Positions 10,318-20,207 of a DNA stretch of 64,000 nucleotides are shown in pieces. The stretch is from positions 1 to 64,000 of IMG/VR virus record IMGVR_UViG_3300035522_000179; one strand, written 5' to 3'. The translations under genes and the position numbers were made by a program. Positions within the stretch are counted from its first letter, which is position 1. Every line of letters begins with the position of its first letter. The notes under the pieces were generated by a model that did no database searches, was not told the DNA's origin, and was given only the letters and a program-made list of their open reading frames with translations. This DNA is from a virus (Duplodnaviria > Caudoviricetes).

Positions 10318-10575
10318 TTTTACACACCTACCTTTAAAGATGTGTTTTGCGTGTTATTTCACACTACAAAAAAAGAACCCACAAAAGTATTCAGAGCAAT
10401 AACGTAAATATTTGCCCGTAAATAAAGTTGTTAGGAGACTGAATAGTATATCATGACATACTAATCATTGCTTGAGGTATTTTCATCGGATATTGGTAAA
10501 ATCTCTGAATCCCCCTCATGGGTTCTTTTTTCGGCACGAACCTACTTCATTCAGTTCGTGCCGTGTTCTTATGTA

Positions 10576-11316
10576 CTAAAACAGCTTCACAGTAATGATG
10601 GTCTGGATGTTGGAAACATTCAGAGCCTCATTAAACTCATCCCGGAAGGTCTTAAGTGCTTCGATCTTGTCATCGATGGAATCTGCCAATCCATAAGGAT
10701 CAATCAGTCCCCAAGTATTTCTGTCAATGTACTCCTGGCGGAATCTCTTCTGAAGAGTCTCAACCGTTTCTGCATCGGTAGTTGCCATGTTCTCCGGAAA
10801 AGCCTTCATCATGTTCTGTACATAGTCCAGAATCGATTCCTCGTTCAGCAGGTTTTCAGACTTGCTGGTAACCAGCATATTTGCTCTGGTGATGCTTTTC
10901 TTCACATCATCGAGAAATCCAATTTCCGTATCAATCTGATTCATCCGGCTGATTGCTTCCGCCACGGTATAAGTCTCACCATTCACTGTAAGCTCTGTAA
11001 CGGCATTGGATTTCGTAATTGCACCATTCAATGTATGATAGTTACGAATCACGGCAACCCTGGAATCGTATGCTGCTTTCAACTTGTTGACGATATCATC
11101 TTTGTCTACGCCGTTTATGGTTTTCTCACCAACCTTAGCCGCAATCACATACTCTGAGCTGCTCAGCTTCTGCATACGCTTTTCATAGGTCTTTCTCTTT
11201 GTGAGTGCGGAATACACACTCATCTTGGTTTCCTGAGGCTGAAGATCTGTGGGATACAGTTTATCCACAGGTCTTACCTCCTGATACAAGTTCTCGTTTG
11301 TTGTTGTTTCTGACAT
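10576..11316 (-). CDS. Coiled-coil hypothetical protein
   Basis: Start MSETTT with aggagg RBS; TVAEAI...LNVSNIQT pattern. Confidence 0.7.
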   Translation of the reverse strand: MSETTTNENLYQEVRPVDKLYPTDLQPQETKMSVYSALTKRKTYEKRMQKLSSSEYVIAAKVGEKTINGVDKDDIVNKLKAAYDSRVAVIRNYHTLNGAITKSNAVTELTVNGETYTVAEAISRMNQIDTEIGFLDDVKKSITRANMLVTSKSENLLNEESILDYVQNMMKAFPENMATTDAETVETLQKRFRQEYIDRNTWGLIDPYGLADSIDDKIEALKTFRDEFNEALNVSNIQTIITVKLF

Positions 11317-11376
11317 AGTTTTGTCCTCCTTTAACATTTTACATTTTTTATACTCAAGTTTCATTAACTATAAGTA

Positions 11377-11395
11377 TTCACAAAAATAATATATC
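11377..11395 (-). promoter_or_regulatory. Early-type promoter motif (example)
   Basis: gatatattatttttgtgaa on the minus strand; variants recur more than 10 times upstream of non-structural genes. Confidence 0.6.
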
Positions 11396-11402
11396 AATAT
11401 TC

Positions 11403-12044
11403 TTATTTTAGTAAATGACCATAGATCATTAAAAACACATCCAGTTCATTCACGTAAATATCCGGAAGTTCATAATCATCATCATATTCCTGACTCGATT
11501 TCATTGCTGTGTAATACATAAAATCGAGATCTTTTTCCCTTCTCTCTTCCTCAGAGAGAACCTCATAATAGCCTGGATAAAAACCCAAATTCATTCGATA
11601 TAAGCAATGATAATATAACTTCTTTAAATATTTCATCAGATGCTTTGATAAAATATAGGGAGGAATAAATTTAATATCTAGTCTTGTCAAGAATTGAGAT
11701 CTTGCTTCCTCCACACTTTGTACCTCTAAGAAGGTGAGAACCAATGGATAGTCTTCTAAGATATCCGAAAACCGTTGGGTTAAATTCTCTGGATAAGAAT
11801 TCTCTTTTACCGAGTTATAGATAACTTCCTGAAGAACACACTCTCTATTGCGATTACAGATCGCTGTGTATTCTTCTTTTTCCATCTCTTCTTTTCTTAC
11901 GGTAAATAGCTCTGGTTTTCGGATACTCATAAACTTCTTGAAATACTTCTTCTTATTTGTAATTGCATAAAGCTCTTTCGAACCAGTATCAACCGATCCA
12001 GGTCGTACCACAGATGGTAGAGCATAGATTAAATACACCTTCAA
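11403..12044 (-). CDS. Tandem paralog family member (LYAxT motif)
   Basis: LYAITNKKKYFKKF...VNELDVFLMIYGHLL. Confidence 0.7.
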   Translation of the reverse strand: MKVYLIYALPSVVRPGSVDTGSKELYAITNKKKYFKKFMSIRKPELFTVRKEEMEKEEYTAICNRNRECVLQEVIYNSVKENSYPENLTQRFSDILEDYPLVLTFLEVQSVEEARSQFLTRLDIKFIPPYILSKHLMKYLKKLYYHCLYRMNLGFYPGYYEVLSEEERREKDLDFMYYTAMKSSQEYDDDYELPDIYVNELDVFLMIYGHLLK

Positions 12045-12748
12045 TTCAAACAGTCCTTTCTTAATGTATTTCCGAACAAGTAAACAAATAAAGGAAACGT
12101 CTTCACCTGAAATTTATCAAAGAAGTTTCTTAAATCGATATTAAACTCTGTTTCCATATATTCTGGATCATCCCCATTATTTGCTCCGCAATTATCTTGA
12201 ACTAAGGGAATGATATATCGATATCCTGTAAAAACCAATGCTTTATGAACGCTTTTCGTGAATAACTCAACAGGAATCAAAGGAGTTTCGGATTCATTCT
12301 TCTTTAATTCCTCTTCATAGATATAATCATGAATCGAAAGAATGATTCCATTTTCATCATTTACAAGTTCGTATTCATAATTAGTCATTACCAAAGAAAC
12401 CTTATCTTCTTTATAACCAGATTCACTCTCTGAGACATCTGTCAAAACTTCTTCCCTAATAAAGGCATCTGTTAGCTGCGTCTTCATACGCTTCCATTTA
12501 TCTTTGTCAATATCTTGCTTATAAAGCGTAAAGATATTCGGATCTCTTGTCATCTGGAATAAAGTCTTCGCCGCTTTATTTGTTGTAATTGCATATAGGA
12601 TTAAATAATTTCCATCCGATGTTTTCTTCACCGGATGGAGTCCATTGTAAGTTTCTTTTAAGCAGTGCTTATAATCTTCCAGAAACTTATAAGTTTTATT
12701 CATAACGTCTTCTTCTGAGACTTTTAAAAAGAACGAATAAACGATCAT
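12041..12748 (-). CDS. Tandem paralog family member (LYAxT motif)
   Basis: LYAITTNKAAKTLF...LFVYLFGNTL. Confidence 0.7.
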   Translation of the reverse strand: MIVYSFFLKVSEEDVMNKTYKFLEDYKHCLKETYNGLHPVKKTSDGNYLILYAITTNKAAKTLFQMTRDPNIFTLYKQDIDKDKWKRMKTQLTDAFIREEVLTDVSESESGYKEDKVSLVMTNYEYELVNDENGIILSIHDYIYEEELKKNESETPLIPVELFTKSVHKALVFTGYRYIIPLVQDNCGANNGDDPEYMETEFNIDLRNFFDKFQVKTFPLFVYLFGNTLRKDCLN

Positions 12749-12761
12749 TTATATTTGCCTC

Positions 12762-13460
12762 CTAAAAATTGAGGATGTTTCCGAATGCAAAGATATATGC
12801 ATTCAATTCATCAAATTGAATTTCATTTCCAATAATGGGAGCAATCTCTGAAAGATATGTATTTGGATAAGGTGCATACGATCTATTATCTTCAAAAACT
12901 GCACTCCGATCAAAATAACCAATAAGGGATTCATCCTCTTCTTCATCTTCTGGAAGATCTGGACCATAAAACGCAAAGGTCATATAAAAATCACCATATC
13001 CAAGTTTCTCCAAAGAGGTTACAAGCTTATTTGAAAAGGATCTAATATCTGGATAATCTTTATTGGAAACAAGCATTTCCATGAAGCTATACTTCACATC
13101 TTCTCCAGTGCATAAATCACTTTCAAAATGGTTTGTTGGGAGTGTGTATTCGGATTCTTCATTATCAAAGGTTTTATACTCCCCCATGTAAAGCTTCATC
13201 ATTTCGTAATTATTTGATAAGTCTTTGTAAGCATCTCGTGCTTCGTCTCCCGTAATTGTGAAATAACGAAACTTAGATTTATCATGAATATTTTTAAACT
13301 CTTTCATGAGTTTCTTTTTGTTCGTCCAAGCGTAAATGGTTTCCCATTTATCCAACTCTTTGATATAGTTCCATTTTAAAACAGGAGCATTTAATTGAAA
13401 GGCATTGGTAGAACCTTTCTCTTTGTCCGTAATACTCAAAAGCGCAATGTAAATTTTCAT
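12762..13460 (-). CDS. Tandem paralog family member (LYAxT motif)
   Basis: IYAWTNKKKLMKEF...FDELNAYIFAFGNIL. Confidence 0.7.
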   Translation of the reverse strand: MKIYIALLSITDKEKGSTNAFQLNAPVLKWNYIKELDKWETIYAWTNKKKLMKEFKNIHDKSKFRYFTITGDEARDAYKDLSNNYEMMKLYMGEYKTFDNEESEYTLPTNHFESDLCTGEDVKYSFMEMLVSNKDYPDIRSFSNKLVTSLEKLGYGDFYMTFAFYGPDLPEDEEEDESLIGYFDRSAVFEDNRSYAPYPNTYLSEIAPIIGNEIQFDELNAYIFAFGNILNF

Positions 13461-13465
13461 AGTCT

Positions 13466-14041
13466 TTACCCTTTAAATGTGTTTTTGAATAGTTTAATGA
13501 AAACTCCCAGTTCATCAATCTTAATCTGAAATTCTTTAAGTTCATTGATCCCTATGGAAACTGTGCTTTCTCCTTCATGAACTTTCATTAAGTCGTGATA
13601 TCTTAATACCTTTAATGCTTTTAAAATCGAATCCACAAAGATTCCCACAGGGAATGGTTCGAATTTATAAACGAAGTTATTTAAAATACACATCGACTCT
13701 AAGTTCATCATCTTCTCTTCTTCTAGGGTCATCACCAAAGAGATATTTTCCGGTTCATTATTTTTTGATGAAGTAGATAGTTCTCTTTTTGCTAAATAGA
13801 AATTCCGATATTCTCTTGTGAGGTTCGAAACTTCTTCTTTTCTTAAATACTTCTTTACTACGAGAAATCGATTTTCATCTCTTTCTTCCAAAAACTGATT
13901 GTATAACTCTTTGGAATCTGTATAAGCATATAGAGGATAATCCTCAGAGATATCTAATGGAGAATCCTCTATATACTCATCTTTTAAAATAAAAAGCCAA
14001 TATTTATACGTAATATCACTCATCTTCATCAATTCCGTCAT
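13466..14041 (-). CDS. Tandem paralog family member (LYAxT motif)
   Basis: LYAYTDSKELYNQF...IDELGVFIKLFKNTF. Confidence 0.7.
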   Translation of the reverse strand: MTELMKMSDITYKYWLFILKDEYIEDSPLDISEDYPLYAYTDSKELYNQFLEERDENRFLVVKKYLRKEEVSNLTREYRNFYLAKRELSTSSKNNEPENISLVMTLEEEKMMNLESMCILNNFVYKFEPFPVGIFVDSILKALKVLRYHDLMKVHEGESTVSIGINELKEFQIKIDELGVFIKLFKNTFKG

Positions 14042-14222
14042 AGCCTTTCCTATATTTGTAAAAGTTACCTTTCTCTGTTTCTTCTAGTAACTTATTCACA
14101 CGCTTTTTATCTTTTTTGTAATCACCTTCATATTTTGTTATATATTTCCCAATATATAAGGCGTTATTCAAAGCTTCAATGATATCTAAAAATCCTTCTT
14201 CCGAACTACTCATATTCATCAC
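14016..14222 (-). CDS. Small hypothetical protein
   Basis: First ORF after an early motif at about 14240; RBS. Confidence 0.55.
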   Translation of the reverse strand: MMNMSSSEEGFLDIIEALNNALYIGKYITKYEGDYKKDKKRVNKLLEETEKGNFYKYRKGYDGIDEDE

Positions 14223-14315
14223 CCCTTATTTTTTCTAAAGAAATAATATATCATCTCACTTCTTCTTACAAAAAAAAACAATTTACTAATATCAAACAAA
14301 AAAGAGGAAAAGACA

Positions 14316-15047
14316 ATGAGTAAACTTTTTGTAGAATCCTATGACATATATGATAGTATTAGAAATGCAGAGAAGTATTGTGATAATATTTACGACTCTT
14401 TTGAAAAGACCGTAAATGAAGCACAAGATAAAACTTTTAAAGAATATATTGAAGCTTGTAAGAAGATTCAAAGTAAGTGTGAAGAGGATGTAAACTTTTC
14501 AAAAAGAACGGTAACCATCACCAATCCTTTGCTTGCTTTAGATGCTTTAAAAAGATTACCAGATCTTGGAAAGACGGTAGAAACCTATATTACTGGTAAT
14601 ATTACAAAACACGAAGACTTTGTAAAGAAAGAAAAAGATATCATGAAAGCCATTGATAAGTTGGATAATCTGGTGGATGAAGTATTCGCTCAGAAGGATT
14701 CTTCGGATATGGTATTTATGGTAAATGGATTTTTAAAATTACTGGAACCTATGGAATCTACCTTCTCGGAGAAAAAAGAAGGGAAACCTGGAAACTTCTT
14801 TAATGTGGTAAATACTTGCTCCGACGCATTGGTGATTGAAGAGAATCTGGTAATCTCTTACTTAAAATTAAATGATACTTCCGGTCTTGATTCGGAAGAT
14901 CGAGAAGAGTTGATTGTAAGAAAGAAGCACATTGTTAGTTCTAAATCCGTTCTTTCAAAATTCTATAACTTGGAACTTAAGATGTTAGGAAAGACATTTG
15001 GAGAAGTCAAAGGACATGTGAATTCTTTGATAAAAAATATAGACTAA
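14316..15047 (+). CDS. Late protein, possibly head-associated
   Basis: AACA-N6-TAA upstream; N-terminus MSKLFVE-S resembles a Glu-cleaved propeptide. Confidence 0.55.
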   Translation: MSKLFVESYDIYDSIRNAEKYCDNIYDSFEKTVNEAQDKTFKEYIEACKKIQSKCEEDVNFSKRTVTITNPLLALDALKRLPDLGKTVETYITGNITKHEDFVKKEKDIMKAIDKLDNLVDEVFAQKDSSDMVFMVNGFLKLLEPMESTFSEKKEGKPGNFFNVVNTCSDALVIEENLVISYLKLNDTSGLDSEDREELIVRKKHIVSSKSVLSKFYNLELKMLGKTFGEVKGHVNSLIKNID

Positions 15048-15232
15048 GGTTTATTAAACCTTAGTCTATATTTTATGTTGGGAAGTCATTGATCGATATC
15101 ATCATGTCATGTTATAAAATAAAGAAAGTAAATATACGTGGTATTTTCATAAAAACTTTACATAAATGTATGATTGAATAAAATTTTATCAAAAACTAGA
15201 TATTAACTTATTTTTCTAGAAAGGAGATATTC

Positions 15233-15421
15233 ATGGATAGTATAATGAATAGTACGAAAACACAGGTGGTCTCTTGTAAAAGAGGATTTCAATCGAAAGA
15301 GGAAATCATGAATAAAATTGGAACAGGAGATCCCCAGTCCTGTAATGGATGTAATAAGTTAATGTATTCTCAAGGATTATGCACCTGTGAATACATCTCA
15401 GATATTAACTTTATGAATTAA
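15233..15421 (+). CDS. Small Cys-rich protein
   Basis: CxxC...CxC; aaggag RBS. Confidence 0.6.
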   Translation: MDSIMNSTKTQVVSCKRGFQSKEEIMNKIGTGDPQSCNGCNKLMYSQGLCTCEYISDINFMN

Positions 15422-15438
15422 TGGAGGAATGAAACTTT

Positions 15439-16713
15439 ATGAAAATCACAAAAGTTGTTTCTAGTGGTGTGGATAAATTGATTGATGCTTATCGAAGTGC
15501 TGGTTCTGACCGAACGAGCTTTTCTACGAAAGCGTATCAATTTTTTGAAAACATTGAAATTGATTTGTATATCTCGGATGTGAAAGGAATTGAACTGTTA
15601 ATGCTTCGAAAGTTCTGCGGTTCTATCTTTATCTTAAACACAGAGAAAGCATTCACTTCACTTCCATCAGATATCAGTAAATCTGTGTTATCATTTGATC
15701 ATCCAAGTACCCAAGCAGAGCAAACGATGATCGATAACTTAAACAACTTATCAAATTCTTTAAGGTCGTATTATCGGTTACTCTTAAAAGACAATTCCGA
15801 GATTGGGCATGATGGCTATGGGATGTTTGACTGTGGATCCTTGCGATTTAAAATCGTTGCAAGATTCATTGGAGTAAACATCGTTCCGTTATTAGATGCT
15901 TTTCCGGATTCTACTTTATGGAGTAAGAAGTTAGAAGACTTCGTTGATCCGAATACACCGGATTTTGATAACTTGTGTGTCAAGAAGTTCATTCAAAACT
16001 TTTTTGATTTTGTAGAGTCAAATCTTTCTGCAGTGGATATTATGACCGATGTAAAGATGCAGGAAAACTTCTTCTACGATTTTGATAAGGATGCAGATGA
16101 GAAAGTTCGCTGTACTGAGATTCGTACTCCTCTTATGATCTTTGATATGTCAAAGCTTAATTCTGTTCAGGATATGACAAAAGCATTTGATGTGTTAAGA
16201 GGAGAAATGAATTACAATGGAATTTCTAATTTCAAAAATATTGACGACGAGATTACCTTCCATTTTGCAATTCATGGATCGATGGAAACCTTGATTGCTT
16301 TTCATGCTTACAGTAATCTGGTTTATTACTATAAGGATTTGAAAGCAGTGATTGGAGTTGCCTCAGAATATAAGGTACCTGAACAGATACACGCGTTCCA
16401 AGAAATTTATGCAGAAGCAGTGTCTGCTCTGGATAATTACCGGTTAAATACCTTGAAAGAATTGACTGCAGAAGAGAAATCTTCTAATAAAAACAAAAAG
16501 GTACACTTCAGAAGATTGGAGCTTTATGAGTTCATGCCAAGAACGGCAAAGACTTCCTTTATGATTCGTGGAACCAAACATGAGATTTTGAATCTGTTGA
16601 ATCACTTGGAAGGAATGAACGAGGCATATTCAGATGAGCTTAAGAATATTTCTACCAATATAAAAAAATCAATCACTTTGGTTGATTACTTTACAAGTAA
16701 ATTGAATATGTGA
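15439..16713 (+). CDS. Hypothetical protein, possibly a degenerate ThyX-like fold
   Basis: FHFAIHGS and YEFMPRTAKTSFMIRG resemble ThyX elements; RHR motif absent. Confidence 0.35.
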   Translation: MKITKVVSSGVDKLIDAYRSAGSDRTSFSTKAYQFFENIEIDLYISDVKGIELLMLRKFCGSIFILNTEKAFTSLPSDISKSVLSFDHPSTQAEQTMIDNLNNLSNSLRSYYRLLLKDNSEIGHDGYGMFDCGSLRFKIVARFIGVNIVPLLDAFPDSTLWSKKLEDFVDPNTPDFDNLCVKKFIQNFFDFVESNLSAVDIMTDVKMQENFFYDFDKDADEKVRCTEIRTPLMIFDMSKLNSVQDMTKAFDVLRGEMNYNGISNFKNIDDEITFHFAIHGSMETLIAFHAYSNLVYYYKDLKAVIGVASEYKVPEQIHAFQEIYAEAVSALDNYRLNTLKELTAEEKSSNKNKKVHFRRLELYEFMPRTAKTSFMIRGTKHEILNLLNHLEGMNEAYSDELKNISTNIKKSITLVDYFTSKLNM

Positions 16714-16759
16714 AAAGATATCTCGGTATTAGGAAATTCCTAATACCGAGATATCTTTT
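16713..16759. terminator. Bidirectional terminator
   Basis: aaaagatatctcggtattaggaa / ttcctaataccgagatatctttt perfect inverted repeat. Confidence 0.8.
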
Positions 16760-16760
16760 G

Positions 16761-17579
16761 TTAGATGTTATTAGCTATGTTAGGATCAATAGGAGAACCA
16801 TATGAAATACGCCCCGAATGAAAGTTATCACTCGATACTGCGGCATCATAAATCTTCTCAGCGGTCATCTGGTTGAACTGGTGGTAATCTGAAATCCCGT
16901 TCCCTTGTTTACAATGATGAAATTCCCGTATTTCAAGAATCCTTTTTCTCAATAGGGATAAGCAATCCATAGCAGATGACCGAAACGCGGAATTTTCTTG
17001 TCCATACACAGTAAACGCTTTTAACATCCCCTCTATAGAATACATAGCTCTTTGAGGATCGTAAAGTGCCTCTTCACATGTAATCACTTTCACAGAGTAA
17101 ATAGCATCTAAAAATGCTGTAAACCATCCACTGAAGACGCCGCAAAGAATGGTTTCGTCTAAAACAACAATTTTATCTATTTTATTACTCGCGGCATCGT
17201 ACAGTAATTTGTTAAATCCAGGTCTACTGAAATCATATTCATATCCATAATCTGTATAAACGTTGATTGCAGATATATCAATTGTGGAATCATAATTTCT
17301 CAGATACTTCATGACTTCAATTTCTTGTTTATCCAACCGATCCATATTAAAGTCAGGTACCCTTACATAAACTGCAATTCTGTCTTTCACTTCCGGATAC
17401 TTCGAATGCCCATTCCGAAATTGTTGCAACTGATCATGAGTATAATACCTCCTGTTGTTGTTGGGATCTCTGTGCGCAACGAATTTCCCAGAGGCATCCC
17501 ACCTTCTCAATGTCTTTTTACTAACGTTTAAAAATTTTGCAACTTCATCGATAGAAATTCTGCCATCCATCCTGTTCAT
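16761..17579 (-). CDS. IS607 TnpA-like protein (MerR-type HTH plus serine-recombinase domain), catalytic Ser replaced
   Basis: EVAKFLNVSKKTLRRWDASGK...RRYY HTH; YVRVP instead of YxRVS; SRPGFNKLL...IDKIVV. Confidence 0.75.
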   Translation of the reverse strand: MNRMDGRISIDEVAKFLNVSKKTLRRWDASGKFVAHRDPNNNRRYYTHDQLQQFRNGHSKYPEVKDRIAVYVRVPDFNMDRLDKQEIEVMKYLRNYDSTIDISAINVYTDYGYEYDFSRPGFNKLLYDAASNKIDKIVVLDETILCGVFSGWFTAFLDAIYSVKVITCEEALYDPQRAMYSIEGMLKAFTVYGQENSAFRSSAMDCLSLLRKRILEIREFHHCKQGNGISDYHQFNQMTAEKIYDAAVSSDNFHSGRISYGSPIDPNIANNI

Positions 17580-18370
17580 GTAAACTTCTTTCTCCTCTCT
17601 TTACCGTTTTACTAATCTGATTTTTCAGTTTCACGTTTTCTATATTATAATATTTGGATAAATACTTATCTACAGCAAGACGCCGTCCGTACTCATTTAT
17701 CCAATTTCGTGTTCTTCCTTCCACCAAAATGAAGTGAAGTAAATTTTTCCAGAAATTTCTGGTCTCTAATCTCGTTACAATCGTTCTACAGTTTTCAAGA
17801 ACCGTCTGATTGATATCAATAACTACTACTTCTACATTGAGTAGTTTGAGAATCTTTTGAATATCATCCATAGCATTAAACCCAAACAAATAATCGTTCG
17901 GAACATAGATTCTTCGTATTTTACCTTCTTTTATTTCATTCAGAAGTTTTTCAAATTCAGGTTTTACCACATTATCGTTATACACATAATCAACATAAAT
18001 ATTATGCGCGACAAGATGCCTTGCTGATAACGTGTTTAAAATAAACTGAGTATAGGTTTCTGCCAAATTATGAGAGTATGTGGTTTGTACTTCTTCGACT
18101 CCACCATCCTCTTCATCTTTCATTACTGTCTCCCTTGATACTCTAATGTAAATCACATCTTTTTTGCCATCAACTACTTCCGGCACCTTTAAGTATTTTT
18201 CAACAAACCTTTTAACGGTATAATCTGTGAAATAATATTTTCCATTTGCAATTTTCACAGGTCTGATCAAGTGCCGTTCCAGATAGATTTTTAATTCCTC
18301 ATCTGTTATCAAATACTTGGTCTTCAATTCATCTTCTGACATATAATAGTTTGGTATGCATGTTTCCATC
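17545..18370 (-). CDS. Divergent IS607 TnpA-like serine recombinase
   Basis: Start METCIP with aaggag RBS; VIYIRVS, KPEFEKLLNEIKEGKIRRIYV, LNVEVVVI; lacks the DRLxR motif. Confidence 0.65.
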
Positions 18371-18914
18371 TGTAATCTCCTTTCGAATTCGTTTTCTGAA
18401 GTCCTGAAACCCTTGTATTTACTGGGTATTTTCACGATGTTGTACATTGTTACGCATTTGACGATTTGGCGAATTTGCGTTTGTCCTACTTTGCCGGGAA
18501 CTTTGGGATAGATCCTATTTTTGTTGTCCAACTTCCCGAAAATACTGAACGAAAAACCGCGATTTTTCAATATTTTTTGCAATTGATAATCTTTCGATAT
18601 ATAAAATTACAAATATCAATTGTTATATTATGTCAAAGATAATTTAGTACCAAAACATTGCTGCCGCGGAGCGGTTAACCGGTAAGAGAATCAGTTCTAT
18701 GGGGTTCGTATCCGCGGTCTTTAAGTTTCGACTCCAGATGTAATCTCGCCTCTGGCGTTAGCCTTATACTATTATATAATATAGGGAAAAAGCGAATTTC
18801 CAAAAAGGTTCTTTCGCTAAATAATTGTTATAGGCTAATGAAAAATAATTTAAAAATATTTTCAACTATCCTCCTTTCTATTTTCTAACTAATAAAATAA
18901 TATATTTCTATTAT

Positions 18915-18996
18915 ATAATTCAAGAAGAGAAATCAAATGATTTCTCTTCTTGAATTATTCTACAAAATGAATTTATAAATTCATTTTGTAGAATAA
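18915..18996. repeat. Two abutting perfect palindromes (44 bp with AA core; 42 bp) between divergent early promoters
   Basis: ataattcaagaagagaaatca-aa-tgatttctcttcttgaattat and ttattctacaaaatgaattta-taaattcattttgtagaataa. Confidence 0.85.
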
Positions 18997-19074
18997 ATTA
19001 TTATAAGAAAAATAAGAAAATAGAAATATATTATATACGTAGAATAAAGAAAAGAAAGGAAGGTAATTTATTCT

Positions 19075-19491
19075 ATGTCAAAAGAATTAAAAAGTTCTTC
19101 AAAGATGATGGATGTATTTGATTCTAAAATTGATAGTCAGTATCAGGAGATCGTAGGAGATATTGAAGATATTCAGTATCAGATCTATGAAGCGGACAAA
19201 AAGAAGATGAAGAAACAGAAAAAGAAAATGAAGAAAGGAAAGATTTGTTTCTATGAGCCGAAGAGTAAAAAGGTAAGACTCTGGGCAGTAGATAAAATCT
19301 CTTCCGGAGATCTGTTTGGAAAGATTAAAAAGGTTCTTTCTGATCTTCATCCGATCGTTAAAATCATTGCAAGATTGGTTGCTACTTTAATTGTATCTAT
19401 CTTATCTTTGGATAGTGTCAAAAGAGCAATCTCTACAAGTGCGTTAAACAAGATGGATTCTTTATACAAGCTCTGCTTAGCAGTTAATTAA
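19075..19491 (+). CDS. Hypothetical protein
   Basis: ORF with RBS after an early motif. Confidence 0.7.
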   Translation: MSKELKSSSKMMDVFDSKIDSQYQEIVGDIEDIQYQIYEADKKKMKKQKKKMKKGKICFYEPKSKKVRLWAVDKISSGDLFGKIKKVLSDLHPIVKIIARLVATLIVSILSLDSVKRAISTSALNKMDSLYKLCLAVN

Positions 19492-19505
19492 AGGAGAAGC
19501 TTAAC

Positions 19506-20036
19506 ATGACATACTATGCTGTTATCGATGATTCTATAAATGGAAAAAATGAATCGGAAAAGATTATAGCATATCATGAAAGTAGAAGGGTGGTTTCTCA
19601 ATATTACTATTCTCTAGCAAAAAGACAAAAGAAATATAAACTCGTAAAATGCAAAGGGAAAGTAATAAAGAGAAAACCCGACTACTATGATTTCTATTTG
19701 GTTCGATTTGGAAGGAATTACATTCAGACAAAATACTATTCCTTTGCAAAAGAGAATCTGGATATTCTACTTTCGGAATATCGATTTTCAATTGAAATTC
19801 TAAAGAGAACGTTTGAAGTGGATGATCTAGAAAACGAAGAAAGAGAAACCTTAGAAAAAGCAATTCTTGTAATGCAAAAGAAAATGGATGATGAGCTGGA
19901 TTGTATTACTGACCCAACAGAATTAAAATATCTAGATGATATGTATAATCGCTATCGAAATGAAATACGATATGAACAGTTCGAACTTACGGATGAAGAC
20001 TGGTATCCATTTATGGATGTTACAAGTGATACCTAA
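19506..20036 (+). CDS. Hypothetical protein
   Basis: ORF with aggag RBS. Confidence 0.7.
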   Translation: MTYYAVIDDSINGKNESEKIIAYHESRRVVSQYYYSLAKRQKKYKLVKCKGKVIKRKPDYYDFYLVRFGRNYIQTKYYSFAKENLDILLSEYRFSIEILKRTFEVDDLENEERETLEKAILVMQKKMDDELDCITDPTELKYLDDMYNRYRNEIRYEQFELTDEDWYPFMDVTSDT

Positions 20037-20207
20037 ACATGAATTTCATGAAATTGAAAAGAACTGGTCTTCTAACTACTGTTAAAAATCAGTTCTTTTT
20101 TATGGTAAAAGATTAAAATTGCTTTTAAAAGAGGGGTATCCCACTAGATGTTGGGATAAAACAAAATTAACAATAAAATAAGCTATTTTAAAGGAGAACA
20201 AAATACC

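Noticed and set aside
10468-11157. 229-aa plus-strand ORF
   Set aside because: Shadow of the minus-strand gene, which has the RBS and promoter.
16761-18582. Active IS607 transposon
   Set aside because: No tnpB or recognisable ends and degenerate catalytic motifs; the track start at 18582 lacks an RBS, so 18370 is preferred.
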